NCBI GenBank assembly: GCA_964571545.1
Contig: CAZNCK010000001.1
Location: 8,944-65,784, forward strand
Length of the DNA: 56,841 nucleotides
Direction: 5' to 3'
DNA from: an uncultured Treponemataceae bacterium
GTDB taxonomy: Bacteria; Spirochaetota; Spirochaetia; Treponematales; UBA12059
The first letter of the stretch is position 1. Each line of letters opens with the position of its first letter. Below the pieces are notes generated by a model that had not been told where the DNA came from, did not search any database, and saw nothing but the letters and a program-made list of their open reading frames with translations. The position numbers and the translations under genes are program-made. Shown in pieces: positions 27,562 to 35,037 of this stretch.

Positions 27562-28779
27562 ATGCCCTCAATTAAAATTATTGATTTTGGGCCTATAAAG
27601 GCCGGGTACACTCAGTCGGTAGACGGCTTTTTTGATATACCTAGGGTAACGCTGCTTTGCGGTACGCAGGGTTCTGGAAAAAGTTCGGTTGCAAAACTGG
27701 TCTCCGTGTTCAGTTGGCTGGAAAAGGCTCTTTTACGGGGAGACTTTTCGGAGAAAGAACTTAAACAGTATAACCGCTTTGTAAACAAATATTGTTCTTA
27801 TCAGAACATTCAAAACTATTTTTCGGCTTCTACCCGACTTGGGTACAGGGGAAGTGCATACGAGTTCGAGTATAAAGACAAGCGACTCTCGCTCAGGAAA
27901 ATACCGGAAGCCCGATATACACGTCCGAAGATTATGTATATTCCCGCAGAGCGGAATTTCATGAGTGCGGTAGCTGATCCAGAGAAACTGAAAAACCTGC
28001 CCAGCACCCTCTATACCTTGCTCGCAGAGTTTGAGCAGGCTAAACGGAGTCTACAACAAAAAGAAACTAAATTGCCCATCGGAGGGGTATCGTTTGTATA
28101 CGACAAACAAAACAAAATTTCATGGCTTCAGACCAATGACTACAAAATTCGCCTGCAGGAAGCGTCCAGTGGGTTTCAATCAGTTCTTCCCCTGTTTTTA
28201 GTTACCCAATATCTGTCAGACACGATAGGTCAGCCGGACAATCCTTCCCGCAGAACTATAAGCCTTGAAGAATCCCGAAAATTGGCTATTGATCTGGAAA
28301 AAATATTAAAAGATCAGAAACTTGCGCCAGAGGTGAGGGAAACCCTTGTTGCCAGATTGATCGCCGCTTCGGTTAACAGCCGCTTTGTCAACATAGTGGA
28401 AGAGCCAGAACAGAATCTGCATCCAGCCAGCCAGCGATCAATTTTATTTGATTTGTTAACTAACATGAATAAAAACCAGGATAATTCTCTTCTGATGACC
28501 ACGCATAGCCCGTACATGATCAGCTGGCTGACTCTGGCCATTAAAGCTGGCGAACTTGCGGCAACGGTTACCAGACCAGAGGAGTTGGCCCGTATTGTGC
28601 CGCGTGGCGCATGGATATCCTCACAGGAGGTCGCGATCTATCAGCTCTCGGACAAGGGGCAAATCGAGCGCCTGGGCAATTATAAAGGGTTACCCTTGGA
28701 TGAGAACATGCTGAACGCTGAAATCGAAGCCGGAAATGATCTGTTTACGGAGCTTCTTGAGCTGGACGATTCAAAGTGA
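27562..28779 (+). CDS. ABC-type (AAA_15/AAA_21-like) ATPase, candidate defence NTPase
   Basis: Walker A LLCGTQGSGKSS, signature-like QEASSGFQSVLPL, Walker B/D-loop FVNIVEEPEQNLHP, H-loop LMTTHSPYM. No TM segments. Confidence 0.8.
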   Translation: MPSIKIIDFGPIKAGYTQSVDGFFDIPRVTLLCGTQGSGKSSVAKLVSVFSWLEKALLRGDFSEKELKQYNRFVNKYCSYQNIQNYFSASTRLGYRGSAYEFEYKDKRLSLRKIPEARYTRPKIMYIPAERNFMSAVADPEKLKNLPSTLYTLLAEFEQAKRSLQQKETKLPIGGVSFVYDKQNKISWLQTNDYKIRLQEASSGFQSVLPLFLVTQYLSDTIGQPDNPSRRTISLEESRKLAIDLEKILKDQKLAPEVRETLVARLIAASVNSRFVNIVEEPEQNLHPASQRSILFDLLTNMNKNQDNSLLMTTHSPYMISWLTLAIKAGELAATVTRPEELARIVPRGAWISSQEVAIYQLSDKGQIERLGNYKGLPLDENMLNAEIEAGNDLFTELLELDDSK

Positions 28780-29321
28780 TTTCTTTCTTCGACCCGATGT
28801 TCCAGATAGAACAGGCCAGAACAGAAGATGCGTTCGGTATTGTTGACGGAGATGAGCAACACCCCGCGTACACAACGCTTGAAAATAGCGTTGAATGGAC
28901 AGCACAGGTTGAAAACTTGCACAAGGAAGTGGCGCTGTTTATACCGGTAGATAAAAACATGCCACTTCATTCCCCGGACGGTCGTCAATTAAAAACTTGT
29001 GATGGAATGCTGACCCTTCCCAATAAAAAGCAGGACTTGCTGATATTTCTGGAACTCAAAACCGGAAAAACAAGGAATAGAAAAAACTGGATCAATCACG
29101 GTATAGAGCAGTTGGAGAGCACCATTGCTGAATTTCGACGGTACCATGATGACGCTATGCGTGCTGATAAACGAGCGTATGTCTGCAACGGTAAGCGCCC
29201 CATGCAAAGGGAATTTTCGCAGGAACGGGCGCAACGATTTTTTGACAATACCGGCTTTCGATTATATATCGACCATGTCGTACGTATTGTTTCTAGGAAT
29301 GTCCCGAGCCAGATGTCTTGA
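28776..29321 (+). CDS. Small PD-(D/E)xK nuclease-like protein coupled to the ATPase
   Basis: GTG start overlaps the ATPase stop (GTGA). KTCDGMLTLPNKKQDLLIFLELKTGKT is a D...ExK arrangement resembling the RecB-family hhDYKTG strand. Alternative ATG at 28797. Confidence 0.5.
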   Translation: MISFFDPMFQIEQARTEDAFGIVDGDEQHPAYTTLENSVEWTAQVENLHKEVALFIPVDKNMPLHSPDGRQLKTCDGMLTLPNKKQDLLIFLELKTGKTRNRKNWINHGIEQLESTIAEFRRYHDDAMRADKRAYVCNGKRPMQREFSQERAQRFFDNTGFRLYIDHVVRIVSRNVPSQMS

Positions 29322-29359
29322 TTGTAGAATCCGCGATCAATACAGTGGACTATTCGGGT

Positions 29360-29428
29360 ACGGATTCAATGTGCTAAGGGCATTGGTTTCAACGTGGTAA
29401 CGATACCGGTTTCAACAAGGAACTGGAA
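29360..29428 (+). repeat. Three tandem ~23-nt iteron-like repeats (left set)
   Basis: acggattcaatgtgctaagggca / ttggtttcaacgtggtaacgata / ccggtttcaacaaggaactggaa. Confidence 0.7.
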
Positions 29429-29570
29429 TAGAAAACAAGTCTAGATTGAACCTGGTGGTAGGATAGTCTGAAGAGAGGCGCCCTACCGTTGCGGGGAAGG
29501 GCGCCCGGTAGATTTTTAGATCGTTACGCTACGGAGACTGGGTCGGAGAGCATGGCTTCCTTGATGTCCT
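29408..29570 (+). repeat. 163-nt direct repeat A (left copy), including an orphan copy of the last 47 nt of the 30793-31464 gene
   Basis: Near-identical to 30677-30839, with a handful of substitutions. Contains hairpin GGCGCCC-N15-GGGCGCC. Confidence 0.9.
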
Positions 29571-29578
29571 GCATTCAA

Positions 29579-29690
29579 TTATCCTGTTCATCTTTTCCTT
29601 GATCCTGTACATCCTGTACCCATTTTTGAATAAACCCAAATGTGGACAGGATGTACAGGATGAAGTCGAAGAGATATACAAGATACGGGT
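29579..29690 (+). repeat. Long imperfect palindrome built of ATCCTGT heptads (element B, left copy)
   Basis: ttatcctgttcatcttttccttgatcctgtacatcctgt, ~27-nt loop, acaggatgtacaggatgaagtcgaagagatatacaagat. Same-orientation homolog at 30461-30570. Confidence 0.8.
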
Positions 29691-29825
29691 ATAAAAAGTA
29701 TAAAGAAATTGTGGAGTACGACTGCAGAGCGCCTGTCCTGCTTTCTGTGGGACTTTGGGAGATCACTACGTTCGCTTGCGCTAGGGTGTTGTTGTTAGAA
29801 CGTTGTGTCAGGGAGGAAGCCGTCC

Positions 29826-30026
29826 ATGTTAGTTTCATACTTTGGAACATACGATGATGGGGTTATAAAGCTTTCTGAGAAGCCGGAGGGGATCAGCCAT
29901 GCCCGGGTAATCATCACGCTTATACCTGATGAAGAAGGGAATGAGAACCAGGCCACTATGAAGCTAGCTGAAGCCGTCTTTGACGAATGGGATAACGACG
30001 TGGATTCTGTCTATGATACCTTATAA
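29826..30026 (+). CDS. Antitoxin (DUF104/AF2212-like) of the MazF-type toxin
   Basis: RBS GGGAGGAAG. MLVSYFGTYDDGVIKLSEKPEGISHARVIITLI fits the Y.nGvlkP.e...l.eg..v.i pattern. Overlaps the toxin start. Confidence 0.6.
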   Translation: MLVSYFGTYDDGVIKLSEKPEGISHARVIITLIPDEEGNENQATMKLAEAVFDEWDNDVDSVYDTL

Positions 30027-30354
30027 GCCTTGGGATGTGATTCTTGTTCCATTCCCTTTCACTGACCTGAGTTTGAACAAGCAGCGACCAGCAGTTGTCA
30101 TTTCGTGTAATGATTACAATAAATCTGGCGATCTAATCATAGGATTTCTGACTAGCAACCTACATGGAACTTTGAAATTGGGTGACTATAGGCTTGTTGG
30201 GTACCACCAGGCTGGTCTTCCACTTCCAACAAGGTTCAGGGCTAAGTTTGCAACAATAACAAAAGAGATAGTTGTTCGAAAACTTGGATCCTTGGTAGCA
30301 GTAGATCGGACAGCAGTTTCGGATAGCATTCGCGATGTTTTAGCTATGGTTTGA
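30013..30354 (+). CDS. MazF/PemK-family toxin
   Basis: YKPWDVILVPFPFTDLSLNKQRPAVVIS...FLTSN is the typical PemK/MazF N-terminus. 113 aa. Confidence 0.75.
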   Translation: MIPYKPWDVILVPFPFTDLSLNKQRPAVVISCNDYNKSGDLIIGFLTSNLHGTLKLGDYRLVGYHQAGLPLPTRFRAKFATITKEIVVRKLGSLVAVDRTAVSDSIRDVLAMV

Positions 30355-30460
30355 CTCCCGAATCTCTGAGCCCATATATCGGACCGCATATCCTTGAGGA
30401 AGTCGAGTATTATGCATTCTGACTATGAAATCCTTTACGATAAGTGATCCTGGGTTTTTC

Positions 30461-30570
30461 TTATCCTGTTCATCTCTTTCTTGATCCTGTAAATCCTGTT
30501 GAATCTTACAATACAGTTCAAGAAGAACAGGATATACAGGATGAAGTCGAAGAGATGTACAGGATAAGTC
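30461..30570 (+). repeat. ATCCTGT-heptad palindrome (element B, right copy)
   Basis: ttatcctgttcatctctttcttgatcctgtaaatcctgt ... acaggatatacaggatgaagtcgaagagatgtacaggat. Confidence 0.8.
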
Positions 30571-30605
30571 AGAGAATTTAAGTTTGGGCGTTTCTTATTA
30601 CGATT

Positions 30606-30697
30606 CCAGTTTTAACGTGGTAATGATACCAGTTCCAATGTGGTCACGGTATCGGTTTCAATGTGGTATTGATGTCGGTTTCAACAAGGAACTGGTA
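30606..30697 (+). repeat. Four tandem ~23-nt iteron-like repeats (right set)
   Basis: ccagttttaacgtggtaatgata / ccagttccaatgtggtcacggta / tcggtttcaatgtggtattgatg / tcggtttcaacaaggaactggta. Confidence 0.75.
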
Positions 30698-30839
30698 CCT
30701 AAAACAAGTCTAGATTGAACCTGGTGGTAGGATAGTCTGAAGAGAGGCGCCCGACCGTTGCGGGGAAGGGCGCTCGGTAGATTTTTAGATCGTTACGCTA
30801 CGGAGACTGGGTCGGAGAGCATGGCTTCCTTGATGTCCT
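30677..30839 (+). repeat. 163-nt direct repeat A (right copy): 3' end of the 30793-31464 gene plus its downstream region
   Basis: See 29408-29570. Confidence 0.9.
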
Positions 30840-31464
30840 TCTCGTTTGGCGACGTGCGGACTATCAGGGAGTATTGGCCAGCCCCCAGGTCCGGGGGGAC
30901 CTGGGCAATGACGGTGCCGGGGGTGACGGATGCGTACTGGACGGCGCGGTGTTCCGAGCCGTTCTTGAACCAGACGCCGGTCTCGGGCTGGGTTTTGTTA
31001 AACTTCATGTTGCGTCCATGGATGCGGATGAAGTCTCCCGGTGAGGCGGTGAGTTCCTCGTCGGTGCGGACCGAGTGAGCCGTGTAGAGGCACGGGGCGG
31101 TCTTGTCGATCTGGAATTCGCGCTGGATAAGCGTCTCGTTGACGATTCTGGCTTCTTCTGCCTTGTTTGCCCTGAAATGGAGGCTGACCTTGTGGCCCGT
31201 TTCCTTGGTAGCCGGGTCAAAGGCTTGCCCGGCATAGTCAAACGTACCGGAAGCGCTCAGGTAGAGGGAGAAAAAGGGCAGCTTGATTACGGTGCCGCGG
31301 GACAGTTCACGGGACATCACCTTGAAGAAGGCATTGAGCGCCGCGAGGCAGTCTGCCTCGGAAAGCCCCGTGCCGCCCTCGGTCATGTCCTTGACCAGGT
31401 CTTGCGCATCCCTGGTTTCATCATGGATGGTATGCACGATGAAATGTTTTTTCACCGTTGGCAA
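30793..31464 (-). CDS. HU-like DNA-binding domain protein with C-terminal Ig-like (DUF4469-like) domain
   Basis: N-terminus ...LSEADCLAALNAFFKVMSRELSRGTVIKLPFFSLYLSASGTF is HU/IHF-like. C-terminus PGDFIRIHGRNMKFN...ETGVWF...GQYSLIV resembles DUF4469. Assigned by recall of the family pattern. Confidence 0.5.
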   Translation of the reverse strand: MPTVKKHFIVHTIHDETRDAQDLVKDMTEGGTGLSEADCLAALNAFFKVMSRELSRGTVIKLPFFSLYLSASGTFDYAGQAFDPATKETGHKVSLHFRANKAEEARIVNETLIQREFQIDKTAPCLYTAHSVRTDEELTASPGDFIRIHGRNMKFNKTQPETGVWFKNGSEHRAVQYASVTPGTVIAQVPPDLGAGQYSLIVRTSPNEKDIKEAMLSDPVSVA

Positions 31465-31713
31465 ATAGTTAGGGGTGGCATATATTTTAAAGATGGCACA
31501 CCTCGAGTCGCGGATTCCTCCATTACGGCGCGTTAATTACTCGCGCCGTTGGGCTCTCCGCCTTCGTACATCGTGATGACGTCGGCATACGCCGTCGTTG
31601 TGCCCTTCAGGAGGGGCCGTAGTACATCACCTGCTCGCGAGCGTTGCTTCTATAACATCGGCACATTTTTCAAAACTTGAGCACTTTATTTCCTTATTAT
31701 GCAAATATTTAGC

Positions 31714-31742
31714 TTGACAGCCACATAATACTTGAATATAGC
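31714..31742 (+). promoter_or_regulatory. Candidate sigma70-type promoter now facing the IS element
   Basis: TTGACA (31714-31719), 17 nt, TATAGC (31737-31742). Followed by the palindrome TGTAGACAGTTGTCTACA (31787-31804). Confidence 0.4.
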
Positions 31743-31867
31743 CGCCCGACACTTCAGGACTATCGGATAAAAAAAGCAATACTTTATGTAGACAGTTGTC
31801 TACAAGGGGGTTTGGGTGGGTTATCTTCCATATACATTGATAGAAAATAATTCGGGTTGGACTAATC

Positions 31868-33183
31868 TAACAGGATGTCGAAAATGCCTTGTTTTTGGTC
31901 AATGGCTCTGCGTTGGCAATTTTATGATTGCCTTTCAGTAAATATTGTGTAATTTGCCGCAGGGAGGCATTCCTGCATGCGACTGTTAAGATCTTAGCGC
32001 CCATCGGAGCGCTGGAGAATGTCACTGGCATCATGCTTCCGCCTCCATGTTCCGCAGGCGGACTGGGTTGAAGACAGCGAGGCTCATCGGGAAAAGCCAG
32101 TCTATATTTGCTCGCCCTTGTAGCTTGGCTTTTCGTATCAGCCCGACAGTCTTGGCCCACCCAAATATCTCTTCGACAAGATTTCTTTTCCGTTGGCTTG
32201 TCTCGTAGCCTTCGTGTCTTGTTGTCCGGCCGTCTACTGATTTCCCGTTTCTCCTCTGAGAAATAGGTGGTGTGGTTTTCAAGTCGCGCAGGTTTTCAGC
32301 AAACTCACTGGCATCGTAGCTTTTGTCCGCTCCCAGCGTCCGTTTCTTGTTGCCATTCAACCGCAGCGCCATACTGTGTGCAGCATCGCGCTCTGCCGTT
32401 CCGCTTGCCAACGTTACTTCGACATCAACAGCAAGTCCGTTTCGGTTCTCCATGAGCACATGGCCCAGATAGGCGAGTTTTGCCTGAGATCCGCTCGACT
32501 TCTTGTAGAGCCAGGCGTCCTTGTCTGACCGCGACTCATGAGTCGCATTGGATCGTTTCTCTCCATGGAAATCGACTTCGGGATTCCTGCCGCCCGCCTC
32601 CGGAATCTTTTCCAGTAGGATCGATTGTATCCTTCTCCTGAAGCTTTTCATGCTTGCCCAAGCTTCTATACGAGTACCATCTACGGTGAAATGCTCGTCA
32701 GAGAGGAACTTCTTTCGCCGAGTCCCCTCAACTACTTTGATAAAAAACAGTCGCGTGATGCTGGAACCAAGCAAACGGTCACGGTTTTTAATGAATTTTT
32801 AATGTTCCCAGAGGGGCGCATCAATGCTCAACCCGACAAACCACCGGGACAGGATGTTGAAGTCTATCTGTTCCATCAGCTGGCGCTCGCTCCTGACCGA
32901 ACAGAGGATCTGTAGGACCGACGCGCGTAAGAGGCACTCTGGCGCGATCGAAGGACGACCGGAGATTGAGTATATCGAATCGAATTCGGTATCAAGGCTC
33001 TTTAGTATCTCGTCGACCATGATCCGAATTGGCCTGCTTGTGTGTCGGGCTGGAATCCGATCCTTCACATGCTGATGTAACCGAAGGCGTCGATCTGCTT
33101 CTCTTCGATACCGCGCATACGGTCCCCCCGGGGGGATCAGTATGATATAAATTTGTCACTTAACGAATTTCAACAGCCTGTTA
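31868..33183 (-). mobile_element. IS5-family insertion sequence (~1.3 kb)
   Basis: Terminal inverted repeats TAACAGGATGTCGAAAAT (31868-31885) versus the reverse complement of AATTTCAACAGCCTGTTA (33166-33183), 15/18 matching. Encloses a DDE transposase reading frame. Confidence 0.65.
32031..33068 (-). pseudogene. IS5-family (DUF772 + DDE) transposase interrupted by one in-frame TAA
   Basis: ORFs 32799-33068 (...LSRWFVGLSIDAPLWEH*) and 32031-32795 (KFIKNRDRLLGSS...) are in the same frame, separated only by a TAA at 32796-32798. Together ~345 codons. Confidence 0.75.
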
Positions 33184-33268
33184 ATATACCTTTCAAATGC
33201 CAGCACGCGATCCAGCTATGGCAGTTCCTGCCATACGATTAGTATATCTGTTATAAGTTGGAGGTAAC

Positions 33269-34153
33269 ATGATCAAAGCACAAGGGAAGAACAATGAAAT
33301 CGATCCCAGCGCGAGTATTTGCGCTGATATCGAAATCGGCTCTTGGAATCGAATTGGAAAAGGTGTAGTGATATCCTCTAGTGAAGAAAGTTATGGCAAC
33401 CGTCTGTTTCTGGGAGACTGCAACACTATCAACGATAACACAAGAATTCTAGTAGGTCCTCAAGGGATTCAAATCGGTGATTGGAACGTTTTTCATAACA
33501 ACATGCTTTTCCTTGGCGAGCAACAGATGAGGATTGGTTCTAACTGCTGGTTTGGCCAAAATACAATCCTTGATTCAACCGGTGGATTGAAAATTGGCAA
33601 TGGGGTTCGGGTGGGCATGTATTCGCAAATTTGGACTCATGTCGCTAGTGGAGAGTTAATAGAGGGATGCACGCTATTTGCGAAAAATGCGACCACGATC
33701 GAAGACGAAGTTTGGCTGGTCGGAAGCTGCTTTGTGGGATCGGGATTGCACCTTGGCTATAGAAGTATCTGCATGTCTGGATCGAACATAACAAAAGATA
33801 CCGAAGAAGGGGGTGTTTATGGCGGGGTCCCAGCAAAGCGGCTGGAGAAACTGAATTTCTATAAAGAAGTGACTCTTCTCCAAAAAATGGAGTTCATGAA
33901 GCAGTGGGCTGAAGAGTTCGCTTTATCAGATAGTCAATTGGAGATACAATGCGATTCTCAGGAGGAGATTTCGATACTCAACAAAATCTCGGGAGAGAAA
34001 GTTCAAATCGTTGGGCATTTACCAAAAAAAACTGAAGTAACTACGACCTATTTTGAAGTGGCCTCTAAGCGCTATACCAAACGCCTGTCCAGGCTCGAAG
34101 TTGATTTTTATCGAAGCATTTTTGGAAATCGAGCAAGGTTTCTTCCATTTTAG
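33269..34153 (+). CDS. Hexapeptide-repeat (left-handed beta-helix) acyltransferase with extra C-terminal domain
   Basis: Repeated [LIV]G-x4 hexads (ADIEIGSWNRIGKGVVIS, IQIGDWNVFHNNM, LKIGNGVRVGMYSQIW). First gene of the glycan locus. Confidence 0.75.
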   Translation: MIKAQGKNNEIDPSASICADIEIGSWNRIGKGVVISSSEESYGNRLFLGDCNTINDNTRILVGPQGIQIGDWNVFHNNMLFLGEQQMRIGSNCWFGQNTILDSTGGLKIGNGVRVGMYSQIWTHVASGELIEGCTLFAKNATTIEDEVWLVGSCFVGSGLHLGYRSICMSGSNITKDTEEGGVYGGVPAKRLEKLNFYKEVTLLQKMEFMKQWAEEFALSDSQLEIQCDSQEEISILNKISGEKVQIVGHLPKKTEVTTTYFEVASKRYTKRLSRLEVDFYRSIFGNRARFLPF

Positions 34154-34167
34154 CAAAGGAGTATTAA

Positions 34168-35007
34168 ATGAGCACCTTCGGTATTGTGGGTCTTGGAACT
34201 ATAGGTTTGAAACTTGTAGAATACCTTGCTGAAAAAGGTTTTGAAGTTATTGGGTACAATTACCGAGATGTAGACACAAAGAATAAAAAATTTTACGAAG
34301 CAATTGAGCGAAAAATAAAATATGAAAAGTTACCGCTATCTTCATTTGAGACCGTAATGAATCGTGTGAGACTAAGCGAAAATCTCGCAGATTTGGCTGA
34401 CTCTACTATAATAATCGATGCTACAAAAGAAGACTATGATGTTAAGAAGAAGGCGCTTGAGGCCATTCGGGCAATTGTGCAAGAAAAGGATTCGATCGTC
34501 GCGACTACGACATCTAGCCTTTCCCTCGAGAGGCTAGCTCGTGACTCCGGACTGCCGGACTTAGTTGGGATGCATTTTTTTAATCCCCCAACACGAATGA
34601 AGCTTATTGAACTAGCGTTGCCATCTTCCTTTTCTCAGGGAAAGCGAGCGAAGCTATATAAAATACTTGCTTCCTTCGATGACAAGGCGATTGTCGAGGT
34701 GCCCCAGGTCCAAGGATATATAGTCAACCGCATTCTTTTCGCCTACTTGAACTTTGCACTGGAATTTATGAGGACCAATAACTTGGCTCCTTCCGTTGTT
34801 GACAGCGCCATGAAACTCGGTACCAATTCGCCCATGGGGCCACTTGAACTGACTGACTATATTGGGAATGACGTGTCTCTTCAGATCCTAAATGAGTTTT
34901 ACCGAGCTACTGGTGACGAGCGCTACAAGCCGGACCAGTTGCTTGCCGATATCGTTTCTTCGGGACAGCTTGGGAGAAAAACCAAGCAGGGATTTTACCA
35001 ATACTGA
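34168..35007 (+). CDS. 3-hydroxyacyl-CoA (3-hydroxybutyryl-CoA) dehydrogenase family protein
   Basis: Rossmann FGIVGLGTIGLKLVEYLAEKGFEV; GMHFFNPPTRMKLIEL; QGYIVNRILFAYLNFA; SPMGPLELTDYIG. Confidence 0.8.
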   Translation: MSTFGIVGLGTIGLKLVEYLAEKGFEVIGYNYRDVDTKNKKFYEAIERKIKYEKLPLSSFETVMNRVRLSENLADLADSTIIIDATKEDYDVKKKALEAIRAIVQEKDSIVATTTSSLSLERLARDSGLPDLVGMHFFNPPTRMKLIELALPSSFSQGKRAKLYKILASFDDKAIVEVPQVQGYIVNRILFAYLNFALEFMRTNNLAPSVVDSAMKLGTNSPMGPLELTDYIGNDVSLQILNEFYRATGDERYKPDQLLADIVSSGQLGRKTKQGFYQY

Positions 35008-35037
35008 CGAAATAGCATTCAATGCAATGGAGGGAAT

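Noticed and set aside
29579-30570. Integron attC sites flanking a TA gene cassette
   Set aside because: The palindromic elements at the cassette borders are reminiscent of attC. However, I see no intI gene and no attI. The RYYYAAC/GTTRRRY core sites are not at the arm ends, and the arms are built of ATCCTGT heptads. The idea is kept only as a remote possibility.
30606-30697. Possible CRISPR array (short tandem repeats near defence genes)
   Set aside because: The 23-nt units are contiguous with no spacers, they are degenerate, and no cas genes are present. They are treated as iteron-like tandem repeats instead.
31075-31536. 153-aa plus-strand ORF antisense to the HU-like/DUF4469-like gene
   Set aside because: It is a shadow of the better-supported minus-strand gene, with no motif and no RBS.
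31541-31570. A fourth, partial copy of the structured repeat (GGGCTCTCCGCC)
   Set aside because: Only ~11 nt match and the hairpin and terminal blocks are absent, which is compatible with chance.
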